Below are positions 16,601 through 27,788 of a stretch of 64,000 nt of DNA, one piece after another. Location of the stretch: NCBI GenBank assembly GCA_041652815.1, contig JBAZGN010000005.1:8615-72614 (forward strand), read 5' to 3'. The notes beneath the pieces were generated by a model. That model was not told the DNA's origin and ran no database searches. It was given only the letters and a program-made list of their open reading frames with translations. A program made the position numbers and the translations under genes. Source of the stretch: Candidatus Omnitrophota bacterium (GTDB taxonomy: Bacteria > Omnitrophota > Gorgyraeia > Duberdicusellales > 4484-171). Position 1 is the stretch's first letter; each line of letters begins with the position of its first letter.

Positions 16601-18064
16601 ATGGGTGATGTAAAAGGTTTTCTAAAAGTTAGGCGCCAAACAGCGAAATACAGGCCGGTTTGCGTGCGCGTAAAAGACTACCGTGAAGTGGCAATGCCGC
16701 GCTCTGATGAGGCTATGAAAGAGCAGGCATCGCGTTGTATGGACTGCGGAACTCCTTTTTGCCATTGGGGTTGCCCTCTGGGAAATTATATTCCCGAGTG
16801 GAATGACGCAGTTTTTCGCGGCCGATGGAAGAAAGCCTTTCAATTGCTTGAGGCAAGCAATAATTTTCCCGAATTTACCGGAAGGCTTTGCCCCGCGCTT
16901 TGTGAGTATGCTTGTATTTTGGGAATAAATGATGACCCGGTAACTATAAAAGAGAATGAATTGACGATTATTGAATATGCTTTTGATGCTGGTTTTATCC
17001 GGGCAAATCCGCCTAAAGTTCGTACCGGAAAAAAAATTGCTGTTATCGGTTCCGGCCCGTCCGGGCTTGCTTGCGCCAACCAGTTGAATAAAGCTGGGCA
17101 TAAGATAACGGTTTTTGAAAAGGATGACAAAATAGGAGGTATTTTACGCTACGGTATCCCGGATTTTAAACTTGAAAAGTGGCTCATTGACCGGCGGGTT
17201 AACCTGCTTGAGAAAGAGGGTATTGAATTTAAAACCAATGTGAATGCCGGCATAGGCTATAAAGCCTCAAAACTTAAAAAAGAATTTGATGCCATTGTGC
17301 TTACCGCTGGTTCCCGTGTTCCCCGTGACCTTAATATTGAAGGCCGAAAGCTCAACGGTATATATTTCGCTATGGATTATTTAATCCAGTCAAACAGAAG
17401 AGTTGCCAAAGAAAAAATACCCGTTAATAAGTTAATCGATGCCAAAGGAAAAAAAGTTGTTGTTATCGGCGGAGGAGATACCGGCGCTGATTGTGTCGGC
17501 ACGGCGAACCGGCAAGGCGCAAGCTGTGTGGTGCAAATTGAAATTATGCCAAAGCCTGAAGAATGCCGTACCAAAGAATACCCGTGGCCAAAATACCCGT
17601 TGATTTTAAGAACTTCTACTAGCCACGAAGAAGGAAGCGAGCGCCAGTGGAGCATTCTTACTAAAAAATTTATCGGTGAGAATGGTAAACTTGAGAAATT
17701 ATCTTGTGTCCGTGCCGAATTTATAAACGAACAACGAACAGCGAACGACAAACGGCAAGCTTGTCCGGTAATGCGCGAAATCCCTGGTTCTGAATTCGAG
17801 ATTAGCGCCGATATGGTCTTGCTGGCAATGGGTTTTGTGCATCCCGAACATTCAAAACTGCTTACAGATTTAGGCGTAGAACTGGATAAACGCGGCAATA
17901 TAAAAACAGATGCAAATTATATGACTTCCAATGAGAAAGTATTTTCTGCAGGAGACGCCAGAAGCGGCCAGTCATTAATTGTACGGGCTATTGCAGAAGG
18001 CAGGCAGGCTGCTTTCTGTGTTGATAAATATCTTATGGGCGAAAGTAGTTTGTCTATTATATAA
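16601..18064 (+). CDS. gltD: Glutamate synthase small subunit (NADPH)
   Basis: Fe-S cluster cysteines CMDCGTPFC and CPLGN; FAD/NAD Rossmann motifs GSGPSGLACA and VIGGGDTGADC. I moved the start to the ATG at 16601 (RBS aaaggaaaag). The track start lies inside the repeat. Confidence 0.9.
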   Translation: MGDVKGFLKVRRQTAKYRPVCVRVKDYREVAMPRSDEAMKEQASRCMDCGTPFCHWGCPLGNYIPEWNDAVFRGRWKKAFQLLEASNNFPEFTGRLCPALCEYACILGINDDPVTIKENELTIIEYAFDAGFIRANPPKVRTGKKIAVIGSGPSGLACANQLNKAGHKITVFEKDDKIGGILRYGIPDFKLEKWLIDRRVNLLEKEGIEFKTNVNAGIGYKASKLKKEFDAIVLTAGSRVPRDLNIEGRKLNGIYFAMDYLIQSNRRVAKEKIPVNKLIDAKGKKVVVIGGGDTGADCVGTANRQGASCVVQIEIMPKPEECRTKEYPWPKYPLILRTSTSHEEGSERQWSILTKKFIGENGKLEKLSCVRAEFINEQRTANDKRQACPVMREIPGSEFEISADMVLLAMGFVHPEHSKLLTDLGVELDKRGNIKTDANYMTSNEKVFSAGDARSGQSLIVRAIAEGRQAAFCVDKYLMGESSLSII

Positions 18065-18225
18065 GATTTGGTAACGGTTAAGGTAACCTATCATTATTAT
18101 TTTAGGTTACGCGCCTGCCGTAGGCAGGCAGGTTACCTAGGTTACACTAAATCACGAGTTTTTTGATGTAACCTTCGTAACCTACCCGTAACCTACGTAA
18201 CATATAGGCAGAAATAGCTGTTAAA
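18065..18225. repeat. GTAACC/GGTTAC heptamer array with central GC hairpin
   Basis: GGTAACGGTTAAGGTAACC; AGGTTAC-GCGCCTGCCGTAGGCAGGC-AGGTTAC; GTAACCTTC-GTAACCTACCC-GTAACCTAC-GTAAC at roughly 9-11 bp phasing, directly upstream of the 857-aa gene. Confidence 0.5.
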
Positions 18226-18233
18226 GGAGCAAA

Positions 18234-20807
18234 ATGATAAGTACTGGTATAAAAGGCCTAGATGGCGTAGTCACAGGTTTAAGAGCAGGAGATAATGTTG
18301 TCTGGCAGATAGATGACATAAATGATTATATTGATTTGGTGAAACCTTTTGTGCAAGAGGCTTTAAAGGAAGACAAGAAAGTTATATACATAAGATTTGC
18401 TTCACATAAAGAGCTGCTCAATCCTTCTAAAAACATAAAGCGATACGAACTTAATGCCTATGCGGGTTTTGAAACTTTTGCTGCCAAGGTAAACAGCATC
18501 ATTACCGAATCTGGTGAAGGTGCATATTATGTGTTTGATTGTTTATCTGAGCTTCTTTTAGCCTGGGCTACGGATCTTATGATCGGAAACTTTTTTATGG
18601 TTACCTGTCCGTATCTTTATGAACTTAAGACTGTCACGTATTTTTCTATATTACGTAATAACCATTCTTTTAAATCTATAGCCCGCATCCGCGAAACAAC
18701 ACAATTGCTTATTGATGTATATCGTTGCGAAGGGAATTTATATATACATCCTCTAAAGGTATGGAACAGGTATTCGCCGACGATGTTTATTCCCCATCAA
18801 AAAGAAGACGACAGGTTTATCCCGATCATTGACAGCGTCAATGCCGCCAAATTGTTTTCTTATATTCACGAAAAAGGCACCGAAAGCGTAAAAAGAAACC
18901 TTGATTATTGGGACCGCCTGTTCCTTGAGGCCCAGGATCTGCTTGAAAAATCTCCGGTAGCAGAAAAACTGAAAGGCACAATAAATAAACTTTCCAATAT
19001 TATGATTACCAAGGATAAAAAGATTCTATCCTTGGTAATGGATAATTTTTCGCTTCCTGAACTGATAGAAATAAAGTCAAGGTTAATAGGCACCGGTTTT
19101 GTCGGCGGAAAAACCGTCGGAATGCTTTTGGCGAGAAAAATTCTTTCCAAAAATTTTCCCAATTGGCAAAAAGTTTCCGAGCCCCATGATTCCTTTTATA
19201 TCGGTTCCGACATCTTTTATTCCTATATTGTGCAGAACCACTGGTGGAAACTGCGCATGCAGCAGAAAACAGAAGAGGGGTATTTTGAGATTGCAAAAGT
19301 TTTAAAAGAAAAAATGCTCTACGGCGTATTTGACGAGGAAGTAATGGAGCAATTTCAACAGATTATAGAATATTTCGGCTCTTCTCCTATAATTATACGT
19401 TCCAGTTCGCTTTTGGAGGATGGTTTCGGCAATGCTTTTGCCGGAAAATACGAAAGCATATTTTTAGCAAATCAAGGCAGCCCCGAACAAAGATATATTC
19501 AGTTCGCCGAAGCTGTAAAAAGAATTTACGCAAGCACTATGAACGAAGACGCCCTTACTTACCGCAAACAGCGCGGCTTGGATAAGTCTGATGAGCAAAT
19601 GGCGCTTTTAGTCCAGAGGGTTTCCGGCACGCACCATAAACAGTATTTTTTCCCGGATTTAGCCGGAGTGGGCGTATCCTACAATACCTATGTCTGGAAT
19701 GAAAATATGAGCCCCAAAGCCGGCATGCTTAGGCTGGTATTCGGGCTTGGCACAAGGGCAGTCAATCGCGTTGAGGGAGATTACCCCAGGATGGTGGCTC
19801 TGGATAACCCGTTACGCCGCCCATATTCGCAAAAGGATGATTTAAAAAGGTATTCCCAGCACGAAGTTGACCTTATCGATGTCCGAGAGAACCAGCTTAA
19901 AACTATTTCCCTAAAACAGCTTTTAAGCGAAAAATGTTATAAAGACATTAGCCGCATAGCAGTAAAAGATGATTCTATACCGATAGCAGATGAAACCGCG
20001 GAAGAAAATGAATTTTGGATTTTAACCCTGGATGGTTTATTTGATGGGGAGTTATTTGCCAATTCTTTTAAACAAATATTAGAGTCATTAGAGAAAGCTT
20101 ATGATTATCCGGTTGAAATAGAATTTACGGTAAACTTCACAAAGAATGACAAATTTAAAATTAATTTACTGCAATGCCGGCCACTGCAGACCCGCGGTTT
20201 AGGGCATAAGGTCAAAATGCCTGAGCATCTGGAAAAGCAGGATATCATTTTTGAATCGTCCGGGTATTTTCTTGGCGGAAATATTTCCCAGAGTATTTTA
20301 AGAATCATTTACATTGACCCGGAAAAATACAGCAAGCTGATTTTATCGGATAAGTATGAAATCGCTCAAATCGTAGGAAAGCTAAACACAAATATCGGCA
20401 ACAAAGATGAAACGCCTACGCTGCTTATTGGCCCGGGCAGATGGGGCACTTCTACGCCGTCTTTGGGCATACCCGTGAAATTCGCACAAATAAATAATGT
20501 TACAATACTGGCGGAACTTGCTTTTTCCGATGGCAACCTTAATCCGGAAGTTTCTTTCGGAACGCATTTTTTCCAGGACTTGGTGGAAACAAATATTTTT
20601 TATCTGGCGCTATTTCCCGAAAAAAAATATAATAAGTTTAAATGGTTCCTGCAGCAAAAAAATAGGTTTGAGGAACTTTTGCCGGCGTCTTCTAAATACA
20701 AAAATCTTATCGCGGTTTACGATATCGCGGATAACCATGTAAAGATTATGTCCGATGTCATATCACAAAAAGTGATATGCTTTTCTGGCAGTAAGAATTC
20801 TAAATAG
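18234..20807 (+). CDS. Two-domain protein: N-terminal RecA/KaiC-like fold with degenerate P-loop, plus PEP-utilizing-enzyme (PPDK/PEP synthase N-terminal ATP-grasp)-like domain
   Basis: 857 aa. N-terminus [23 protein letters not shown] follows the RecA/KaiC GxxGLDxxxxGGLxxG pattern but lacks GKT. The middle [24 protein letters not shown]...ALLVQRV matches the PPDK_N nucleotide-binding signature (RSSxxxED...FAGQ). The C-terminal ~300 aa is unassigned. RBS ttaaaggagcaaaATG. Confidence 0.8.
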   Translation: MISTGIKGLDGVVTGLRAGDNVVWQIDDINDYIDLVKPFVQEALKEDKKVIYIRFASHKELLNPSKNIKRYELNAYAGFETFAAKVNSIITESGEGAYYVFDCLSELLLAWATDLMIGNFFMVTCPYLYELKTVTYFSILRNNHSFKSIARIRETTQLLIDVYRCEGNLYIHPLKVWNRYSPTMFIPHQKEDDRFIPIIDSVNAAKLFSYIHEKGTESVKRNLDYWDRLFLEAQDLLEKSPVAEKLKGTINKLSNIMITKDKKILSLVMDNFSLPELIEIKSRLIGTGFVGGKTVGMLLARKILSKNFPNWQKVSEPHDSFYIGSDIFYSYIVQNHWWKLRMQQKTEEGYFEIAKVLKEKMLYGVFDEEVMEQFQQIIEYFGSSPIIIRSSSLLEDGFGNAFAGKYESIFLANQGSPEQRYIQFAEAVKRIYASTMNEDALTYRKQRGLDKSDEQMALLVQRVSGTHHKQYFFPDLAGVGVSYNTYVWNENMSPKAGMLRLVFGLGTRAVNRVEGDYPRMVALDNPLRRPYSQKDDLKRYSQHEVDLIDVRENQLKTISLKQLLSEKCYKDISRIAVKDDSIPIADETAEENEFWILTLDGLFDGELFANSFKQILESLEKAYDYPVEIEFTVNFTKNDKFKINLLQCRPLQTRGLGHKVKMPEHLEKQDIIFESSGYFLGGNISQSILRIIYIDPEKYSKLILSDKYEIAQIVGKLNTNIGNKDETPTLLIGPGRWGTSTPSLGIPVKFAQINNVTILAELAFSDGNLNPEVSFGTHFFQDLVETNIFYLALFPEKKYNKFKWFLQQKNRFEELLPASSKYKNLIAVYDIADNHVKIMSDVISQKVICFSGSKNSK

Positions 20808-20827
20808 TAAAGAGAGGAGGGCGTAGA

Positions 20828-22447
20828 ATGCCAAAATATATCTTCATAACCGGCGGGATTATTTCGAGTTTAGGTAAGGGAATAGCTTCTGCTTCTATCG
20901 GTAAGATTTTAGAAACTCGCGGCGTCAAAGTTACCATTATGAAGCTTGACCCTTATATTAATGTTGATCCTGGGACGATGAACCCTTATCAGCACGGAGA
21001 AGTTTACGTTACCGAAGATGGCGCCGAGACCGATTTAGACCTCGGCCATTACGAGCGCTTTACCAGTATTAATACTTCTAAATGCAATAATATCACTACC
21101 GGTAAGATTTATAACCAGGTTATTTCCCGGGAAAGAAAAGGAGATTATTTAGGAAAAACTATCCAGGTTATCCCGCACATTACCGATGCCATAAAAGGGG
21201 AAATCAAAAAATGCGCAGATGCGTCAAAAGCCGACATTATAATCGTTGAAATCGGCGGCACTGTTGGCGATATCGAAAGCTTGCCCTTTTTGGAAGCTGC
21301 GCGCCAATTCCGGCTGGATATGGGTTACGAAAACACCCTTTATATCCATTTAACGCTAGTCCCTTACATTAAAGCTGCCGGAGAGTTGAAAACCAAACCT
21401 ACCCAGCACAGCGTTGGCACTTTACGTGAGATAGGAATTATTCCGGATGTTTTGATTTGCCGCGCGGAAAAGCCTTTGTCAGACAGCGTTAAGGAAAAAA
21501 TTTCTTTATTTTGCAATGTCAAGAAAGAAGCTGTTATCGAATCCGTAGATATGGAGTCAATTTATCAGATACCGTTACTTTTCAAAAAACAAATTCTAGA
21601 CGAAATAATTCTTAGCCATTTTAAATTAATCTGTAAGTTTTCCGACCTGAAAGATTGGGAAGTAAATGTAGTTCAGCGAGCGCTTAATCCTAAACATAAG
21701 GTGACGGTTGCCGTCGTTGGAAAATATATTGAACTGCAGGATACCTATAAATCCATATATGAGGCAATAATTCACGCCGGTATTTTTAATAATGCTAAAG
21801 TGGAAGTTAAAAAAATTGATTCCGAAACTTTGGAAAAAGGAAACCCCAAAGAATTGCTGAAAGATGTTTGCGGAATACTTGTTCCCGGAGGTTTTGGCTA
21901 CCGCGGTATTGAAGGAAAGATTGCGGCGATTGAATTCGCAAGGTATAATAACGTTCCATTTCTAGGGCTTTGTTTGGGGATGCAATGCGCGGTCATAGAG
22001 TTTGCCAGAAATGCCTGCAATTTAAAAAGCGCTAATTCCACAGAATTTAAAAAAACAAAATATCCCGTTATAAGCCTGCTTAAAGAGCAAAGAGGGGTTA
22101 AAGATTTAGGCGGCACTATGCGCCTGGGCGCTTATCCCTGTAAAATCAAGAAAAACACCCTCGCCTTTAGCGCTTACGGTAAAGGATTGATTTATGAGCG
22201 CCATCGGCATAGGTATGAGTTTAATAATAAATATAAAAAATTGCTGGAAGAAAAAGGGATGGTCTTTTCCGGCATTTATCCTCAGAGAAATTTAGTAGAG
22301 ATAGTTGAGGTAAAAAAGCATCCTTATTTTATCGCGGTGCAGTTTCATCCGGAATTTAAATCCAAACCGGACAAAGCGCATCCGTTGTTTAGGGATTTTA
22401 TTAAAGCAGCATTAAAAAAGACAGCGGATATTGAAACTATCCGCTAA
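20828..22447 (+). CDS. pyrG: CTP synthase
   Basis: 539 aa. [19 protein letters not shown]; GATase domain GLCLGMQ...HPEF. Confidence 0.95.
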   Translation: MPKYIFITGGIISSLGKGIASASIGKILETRGVKVTIMKLDPYINVDPGTMNPYQHGEVYVTEDGAETDLDLGHYERFTSINTSKCNNITTGKIYNQVISRERKGDYLGKTIQVIPHITDAIKGEIKKCADASKADIIIVEIGGTVGDIESLPFLEAARQFRLDMGYENTLYIHLTLVPYIKAAGELKTKPTQHSVGTLREIGIIPDVLICRAEKPLSDSVKEKISLFCNVKKEAVIESVDMESIYQIPLLFKKQILDEIILSHFKLICKFSDLKDWEVNVVQRALNPKHKVTVAVVGKYIELQDTYKSIYEAIIHAGIFNNAKVEVKKIDSETLEKGNPKELLKDVCGILVPGGFGYRGIEGKIAAIEFARYNNVPFLGLCLGMQCAVIEFARNACNLKSANSTEFKKTKYPVISLLKEQRGVKDLGGTMRLGAYPCKIKKNTLAFSAYGKGLIYERHRHRYEFNNKYKKLLEEKGMVFSGIYPQRNLVEIVEVKKHPYFIAVQFHPEFKSKPDKAHPLFRDFIKAALKKTADIETIR

Positions 22448-22465
22448 GCGTTAATCGCTAATAAT

Positions 22466-23551
22466 ATGCAAGCATTACTTGTTTTAGAGGACGGCACAAC
22501 ATTTCGGGGTAAGTCCTTTGGCGCAACCGGCATACGTTTCGGAGAAGTGGTTTTTAACACTAGTATGTCCGGATATCAGGAGATAATTACTGACCCTTCC
22601 TATAAAGGGCAGATTGTTGTAATGACTTACCCTTTAATTGGCAATTACGGCACAAATGACGAAGACGTTGAATCGGCAAAGCCGTATCTGGGAGGTTTTG
22701 TGGTTAAGGAATACAGTAAACTCTTCAGCAACTGGCAGGCCAAAGAATCTCTGGGGGATTATTTTAAAAGAAATAATATTTTAGGCATTGAGGGAATTGA
22801 TACCCGTGCCCTTACTTTGCATATCCGCCACTCCGGCGCTATGAAAGCAGTGCTGGCAACCGGCAATGTAAATGAAAAAGAGTTAATCCAAAAAGCGAAA
22901 AATTCACCGGGATTAGTCGGCATAGATTTAGTTAAGGAAGTTACCTGCGATAAAAAGTATCTTTGGAAAAAAGCCAAGGACAGTAAATATAAGGTAGTCG
23001 TGCTTGATTGCGGAACAAAATATAATATTTTAAGAAACCTTGTAAAAAACAAATGTGAGGTTATAGTTGTGCCGGCAAATACCCAAGCGGATGAAATTTT
23101 AGGTTTAAAGCCGGATGGCGTATTGCTTTCTAACGGCCCCGGAGACCCGGTAGCAGTCAAATATGTGATAGAGGCTACCAGAAAGCTAATCGGGAAAGTA
23201 CCTCTATTTGGCATTTGTTTGGGCCAGCAGATTTTAGGCCTGGCGTTCGGCGGGAAAACTTACAAACTTAAATTCGGCCATCACGGAGCTAACCAGCCGG
23301 TTAAAGATTTACGAACAGGAAGAGTTTTAATTACCGTGCAGAATCACGGGTTTTCCGTCGATATAAAATCCCTGAATAAAAAAGATATTGAAATAACTCA
23401 TATAAATTTAAATGACCAGACGCTGGAAGGCATCCGGCACAAAAAATTACCGATATTTTCCGTGCAATTTCATCCTGAAGCAAGCGCCGGACCGCATGAC
23501 GCTCAATATCTATTTGGAGAATTTGTTCAGATGATGAATAAATATAAGTAA
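22466..23551 (+). CDS. carA: Carbamoyl-phosphate synthase small subunit
   Basis: 361 aa. LxLEDGTxFxGxSFG N-terminus; GATase triad GICLGQQ...QFHPE. Confidence 0.95.
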   Translation: MQALLVLEDGTTFRGKSFGATGIRFGEVVFNTSMSGYQEIITDPSYKGQIVVMTYPLIGNYGTNDEDVESAKPYLGGFVVKEYSKLFSNWQAKESLGDYFKRNNILGIEGIDTRALTLHIRHSGAMKAVLATGNVNEKELIQKAKNSPGLVGIDLVKEVTCDKKYLWKKAKDSKYKVVVLDCGTKYNILRNLVKNKCEVIVVPANTQADEILGLKPDGVLLSNGPGDPVAVKYVIEATRKLIGKVPLFGICLGQQILGLAFGGKTYKLKFGHHGANQPVKDLRTGRVLITVQNHGFSVDIKSLNKKDIEITHINLNDQTLEGIRHKKLPIFSVQFHPEASAGPHDAQYLFGEFVQMMNKYK

Positions 23552-23662
23552 CACGTATTACGTAGCACGTTCATAAAATATTTCTTTGACGTGTTACCTC
23601 TACTTCAAGCGGACTCGCCTGAATATTTTTTATATTGTGGCGAGGTTACGTGATACCTGATA
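23552..23662. repeat. MITE/REP-like element with GTATCACGTAAC-type termini between carA and carB (inverted relative to the 50333-50461 copy)
   Basis: The reverse complement of 23589-23652 aligns at about 80% with 50345-50410. Shared core: CCTCGCCAC(A/C)ATATAAAAATATT(C/T)AGGCGAGTCC...GAGGTA(A/G)CACGTC. Confidence 0.6.
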
Positions 23663-23671
23663 CGCAATATT

Positions 23672-26600
23672 ATGCCTAAAAGAAAAGATATTAAAAAAAT
23701 CCTGATCATTGGATCGGGGCCGATTGTCATCGGCCAAGCCTGTGAATTTGATTATTCCGGAACCCAAGCCTGTAAAGCTTTAAAAGAAGAAGGTTTTAAG
23801 GTTATTCTGATTAATTCTAATCCCGCCACGATTATGACTGACCCGCAAACTGCAGATGTTACTTATATTGAGCCGATAACTGTGGAAATGGTTGAAAAAA
23901 TTATTGCCAAAGAAAGGCCGGATGCTTTACTTCCTACTTTAGGCGGCCAAACCGGGCTTAACACCGCTATGAAATTATGCGAAATGGGCGTGCTGGATAA
24001 ATATAAAGTAAAAATGATTGGCGCGGATTATAAAGCCATTAAAAAAGCCGAAGACCGCAAATATTTTAAAAACACTATCATAAAAATCGGCCTGGATTTA
24101 CCAAAAAGCGCGCTGGCCTACAGCATAAAAGAAGCCAGAGCTGCGCTTAAAAAAATCGGTTTACCGGTGATTGTCCGGCCAAGCTTTACTTTGGGCGGTA
24201 CCGGCGGAGGAATTGCTTATACGCTAAAAGAATTTGAAAAAATAGCCGATAACGGCTTAAGAAACAGTATGATACACGAAATTCTCATTGAAGAATCCGT
24301 AGTCGGCTGGAAAGAATATGAATTGGAAGTAATGCGCGACCTTAAAGATAACGTGGTTATCGTCTGTTCCATAGAAAATTTTGACCCAATGGGCGTGCAT
24401 ACCGGAGATTCCATAACTGTTGCGCCGGCACAAACCTTAACCGACAAGGAATATCAGGCAATGCGCGATGCCGCAATCAAGATTATCAGAGAAATCGGCG
24501 TTGAAACCGGCGGCTCCAATATTCAATTTGCCGTCCATCCCAAAACCGGCAGGATGGTGGTTATTGAAATGAACCCGCGGGTTTCCCGCAGTTCCACTTT
24601 AGCCAGTAAAGCCACAGGTTTTCCCATTGCAAAAATTGCCGCAAAACTTGCCGTAGGCTACAGCCTGGATGAAATCCAAAACGATATTACCAAAAAAACC
24701 CCGGCTTCCTTTGAGCCGGCAATAGATTATTGTGTGGTAAAAATTCCGCGCTTTGCTTTTGAAAAATTCCCCGAAGCCGGCGACATCCTCGGCGTTTCTA
24801 TGAAGTCAGTCGGTGAAACTATGGCTATCGGCCGCACTTTTAAAGAAGCCTTGCAGAAAGGTTTACGCGGCTTGGAAATCGGCCATAGCGGTTTGGATAA
24901 TAAGTCCAATTACCGCAATATTTCCGATGAAAAAATCAGGCATCGTTTGAAAGAGCCTAATGCTTCACGCATATTTTACCTAAAATATGCCCTGCAAAAA
25001 GGCTTTAGCTTGCAAGAAATATACAAGCTTACTTATATTGACCCTTGGTTTATCCATAATATTAAAGAAATTGTGGATTTCGAAAAGGAAATTCAAAAAG
25101 CCGGTAAAAATATTTCTAAAAAACTACTTGAAGAGGCCAAGCAATATGGTTTTAGTGACAAACAAATAGGGGATTTAATCGGTTTAGAGGAATCAGCCGT
25201 CCGGAAAAAAAGAAAACAGCAAGGCATTGCAGCAACTTTTAGGTTAGTCGATACCTGCGCCGGAGAATTTGAAGCTTATACCCCTTATTATTATTCAACT
25301 TACGAAAGTAAAGACGAGGCGCGCAAATCCACCAAAAAGAAAATTATGATTTTAGGCGGCGGCCCCAATCGTATCGGACAGGGAATAGAATTTGATTATT
25401 GCTGTTGTCATGCTTCTTTTGCCCTGAAAGAAATGGGGTTTGAAACGATTATGGTTAATTCCAACCCCGAAACAGTTTCTACCGATTATGATACCTCGGA
25501 TAAATTATATTTTGAGCCGCTGACTTTTGAAGATGTTATGAATATCATTGATAAGGAAAAGCCATATGGCGTAATCGTGCAATTTGGCGGCCAAACCCCT
25601 CTTAATCTGGCAAGAAAGCTGGAGGATGCCGGCGCGCCCGTTATCGGAACAACCGTTGATTCAATTGACATTGCCGAAGACCGCGATAGATTTGCTAAGG
25701 TGCTGAATAAATTAAACATCAAACAACCGCCCAACGGTTCAGCCTATTCCAAAGAGGAAGCCGTAAAAATTGCCAAAAAAATCGGTTACCCGGTTTTAGT
25801 ACGGCCTTCTTATGTTTTAGGCGGAAGAGCGATGAATATTGTTTATGATGAAAACTCTTTGGAAAAGTTTATCAAGGAAGCGCAAAAAGTTTCGCAGGAA
25901 CATCCGGTTTTAATCGATAAATTTTTGGAAGACGCAGTTGAGGTGGATGTGGACGCGATTTCCGACACTGAAACGACAATTATCGGCGGCGTAATGGAGC
26001 ATATTGAAGAAGCCGGTATTCATTCCGGAGATTCTGCCTGTGTGCTTCCGCCACATACCTTAAACGATGAAATCATTTCCGTGATTAAAAAATATACCTG
26101 CGATATCGCTAAAGAGTTAAAAGTAAAAGGGTTATTCAACCTGCAATGCGCGGTAAAAAAAGATGTGGTTTATATGCTGGAAGTTAATCCCCGTGCTTCA
26201 CGGACAGTGCCTTTTGTCAGCAAAGCTACCGGTGTACCATTAGCTAAAATTGCCAGCCAGGTTATGGCGGGTAAAAAACTGGCTGATTTTAAACTTAACG
26301 GCAAAAAAAATCTTTCTCATGTTGCCGTGAAAGAGGCGGTTTTGCCTTTTTCTAAATTTTCCGGCGTGGACATTATTCTTGGCCCGGAGATGAAATCAAC
26401 CGGCGAAGTTATGGGTATTGATACCTCTTTCGGAAAAGCGTTTTTTAAAGCCGAGGCTGCCGCCGGTCAAACCCTTCCTTTATCGGGAAAAGTATTTTTA
26501 AGCGTTAAAAACGATGACAAACGCAATATTGTCTTTATCGCCAAGAAGCTTTTTGATATGAATTTCCAAATTATTGCCACCAACGGCACATGGAAGGTTC

Positions 26601-26887
26601 TTGCCTCCAACAACATCAAAGCTAAAAGAGTAGAGAAAATTGCCGAAGGTTCAAGCCGCCTTCTGGATTTAATCAAAGGAGAAAAAATAAAACTTATCAT
26701 CAACACCCCTTCCGGAAAAAAAGGCCAATTTGATATGAAAACTATGCGCAGTCTAGCTGTCCGCTATGGTATACCCTGCATTACCACCATTTCCGGTGCT
26801 CAAGCCGCAGTCAACGGAATAGAGGCAACGTTGAAAGAGCAGCTTGGAGTGAAGGCGTTGCAGAAGTATTTTGGAACCAACAAATAA
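23672..26887 (+). CDS. carB: Carbamoyl-phosphate synthase large subunit
   Basis: 1071 aa. Duplicated ATP-grasp halves ([21 protein letters not shown] / [21 protein letters not shown]), MGS-like C-terminal domain. Confidence 0.95.
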   Translation: MPKRKDIKKILIIGSGPIVIGQACEFDYSGTQACKALKEEGFKVILINSNPATIMTDPQTADVTYIEPITVEMVEKIIAKERPDALLPTLGGQTGLNTAMKLCEMGVLDKYKVKMIGADYKAIKKAEDRKYFKNTIIKIGLDLPKSALAYSIKEARAALKKIGLPVIVRPSFTLGGTGGGIAYTLKEFEKIADNGLRNSMIHEILIEESVVGWKEYELEVMRDLKDNVVIVCSIENFDPMGVHTGDSITVAPAQTLTDKEYQAMRDAAIKIIREIGVETGGSNIQFAVHPKTGRMVVIEMNPRVSRSSTLASKATGFPIAKIAAKLAVGYSLDEIQNDITKKTPASFEPAIDYCVVKIPRFAFEKFPEAGDILGVSMKSVGETMAIGRTFKEALQKGLRGLEIGHSGLDNKSNYRNISDEKIRHRLKEPNASRIFYLKYALQKGFSLQEIYKLTYIDPWFIHNIKEIVDFEKEIQKAGKNISKKLLEEAKQYGFSDKQIGDLIGLEESAVRKKRKQQGIAATFRLVDTCAGEFEAYTPYYYSTYESKDEARKSTKKKIMILGGGPNRIGQGIEFDYCCCHASFALKEMGFETIMVNSNPETVSTDYDTSDKLYFEPLTFEDVMNIIDKEKPYGVIVQFGGQTPLNLARKLEDAGAPVIGTTVDSIDIAEDRDRFAKVLNKLNIKQPPNGSAYSKEEAVKIAKKIGYPVLVRPSYVLGGRAMNIVYDENSLEKFIKEAQKVSQEHPVLIDKFLEDAVEVDVDAISDTETTIIGGVMEHIEEAGIHSGDSACVLPPHTLNDEIISVIKKYTCDIAKELKVKGLFNLQCAVKKDVVYMLEVNPRASRTVPFVSKATGVPLAKIASQVMAGKKLADFKLNGKKNLSHVAVKEAVLPFSKFSGVDIILGPEMKSTGEVMGIDTSFGKAFFKAEAAAGQTLPLSGKVFLSVKNDDKRNIVFIAKKLFDMNFQIIATNGTWKVLASNNIKAKRVEKIAEGSSRLLDLIKGEKIKLIINTPSGKKGQFDMKTMRSLAVRYGIPCITTISGAQAAVNGIEATLKEQLGVKALQKYFGTNK

Positions 26888-26924
26888 CCTTATATTTTCC
26901 CTAACCCATATCTCTCTCGCGGCC

Positions 26925-27055
26925 TTAATCTAAATTCCACCGCCGCGGTGGGCTTTAGGTTTCTATCGAGCAGCTTACATTTTATTTGCTTACATTGAAT
27001 CCCCGTATTAAAATACTTTTAATCTAAATCCCACCTACGCGGTGGGTTATGGTTT
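26925..27055 (+). repeat. Pair of 37-nt direct repeats, each with a CCACC..GGTGG hairpin (26925-26962 and 27019-27055)
   Basis: TTAATCTAAATTCCACCGCCGCGGTGGGCTTTAGGTTT versus TTAATCTAAATCCCACCTACGCGGTGGGTTATGGTTT. CTTACATT x2 lies between them. They are upstream of phoB. Confidence 0.55.
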
Positions 27056-27095
27056 AATAATAGTTTTCAGTAAAAATTTTACTTGAGGAGAGAGA

Positions 27096-27788
27096 ATGAA
27101 AGAAACAATATTAATTGTCGAAGACGAGAAAGATATAGTCAAAATGTTGGGCTATAATCTGGAAAAAGAAGGGTTTAAGACGCTGTCGGTTTATGAGGGA
27201 GAAGACGCTTTGGATACGGCCGTTAGCAAACACCCGGACCTTATAATTTTGGATTTAATGCTTCCGGGCATGGATGGATTAGAAGTATGCAAAACGCTTA
27301 AAGCTGATTCTAAAACCAGCTCCATACCTATTATTATGCTTACGGCAAAAAGCCAGGATTCCGATAAAATCGTAGGGCTTGAGTTAGGGGCAGATGATTA
27401 TATGACCAAACCTTTTAGCCCCAGAGAGCTTATTGCCCGCATAAAAGCAGTGTTGCGCCGCGTGAAAGAAAAGGATAAATTGCCGGAGGTGTTAAAAATC
27501 GGCGAGTTGATGATAGATTTTTCAAAGATAGCAGTGGCCGTTAAAGATAAACCTGTAGAGCTTACATCAAAAGAGTTCGAGCTTCTAAAGACATTGGTAA
27601 AAGTAAAAGGAAGAGTCCTGTCGCGTGATTATCTTCTTGATAATATATGGGGCTTTGATAATGCTATGGAAATCCGAACCCGCACTGTGGATGTGCACAT
27701 TAGAACATTGCGTAAAAAACTAAAAAGCGAATCTAAGCGGATTCTTACCGTGAAAAATTACGGATATAGATTTAATTATGAAGATTAG
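27096..27788 (+). CDS. phoB: OmpR/PhoB-family response regulator
   Basis: Receiver domain (DDE...D54-like LDLMLPGMDG, K in TAK) plus winged-helix C-terminus (RVLSRDYLLDNIWG...VDVHIRTLRKKL). Confidence 0.85.
   Translation: MKETILIVEDEKDIVKMLGYNLEKEGFKTLSVYEGEDALDTAVSKHPDLIILDLMLPGMDGLEVCKTLKADSKTSSIPIIMLTAKSQDSDKIVGLELGADDYMTKPFSPRELIARIKAVLRRVKEKDKLPEVLKIGELMIDFSKIAVAVKDKPVELTSKEFELLKTLVKVKGRVLSRDYLLDNIWGFDNAMEIRTRTVDVHIRTLRKKLKSESKRILTVKNYGYRFNYED

Noticed and set aside
26925-27055. Possible CRISPR array (two 37-nt repeats)
   Set aside because: Only two copies, about 85% identical, spacing of about 57 nt between repeats, and no cas genes. More consistent with paired hairpin regulatory elements or REP.
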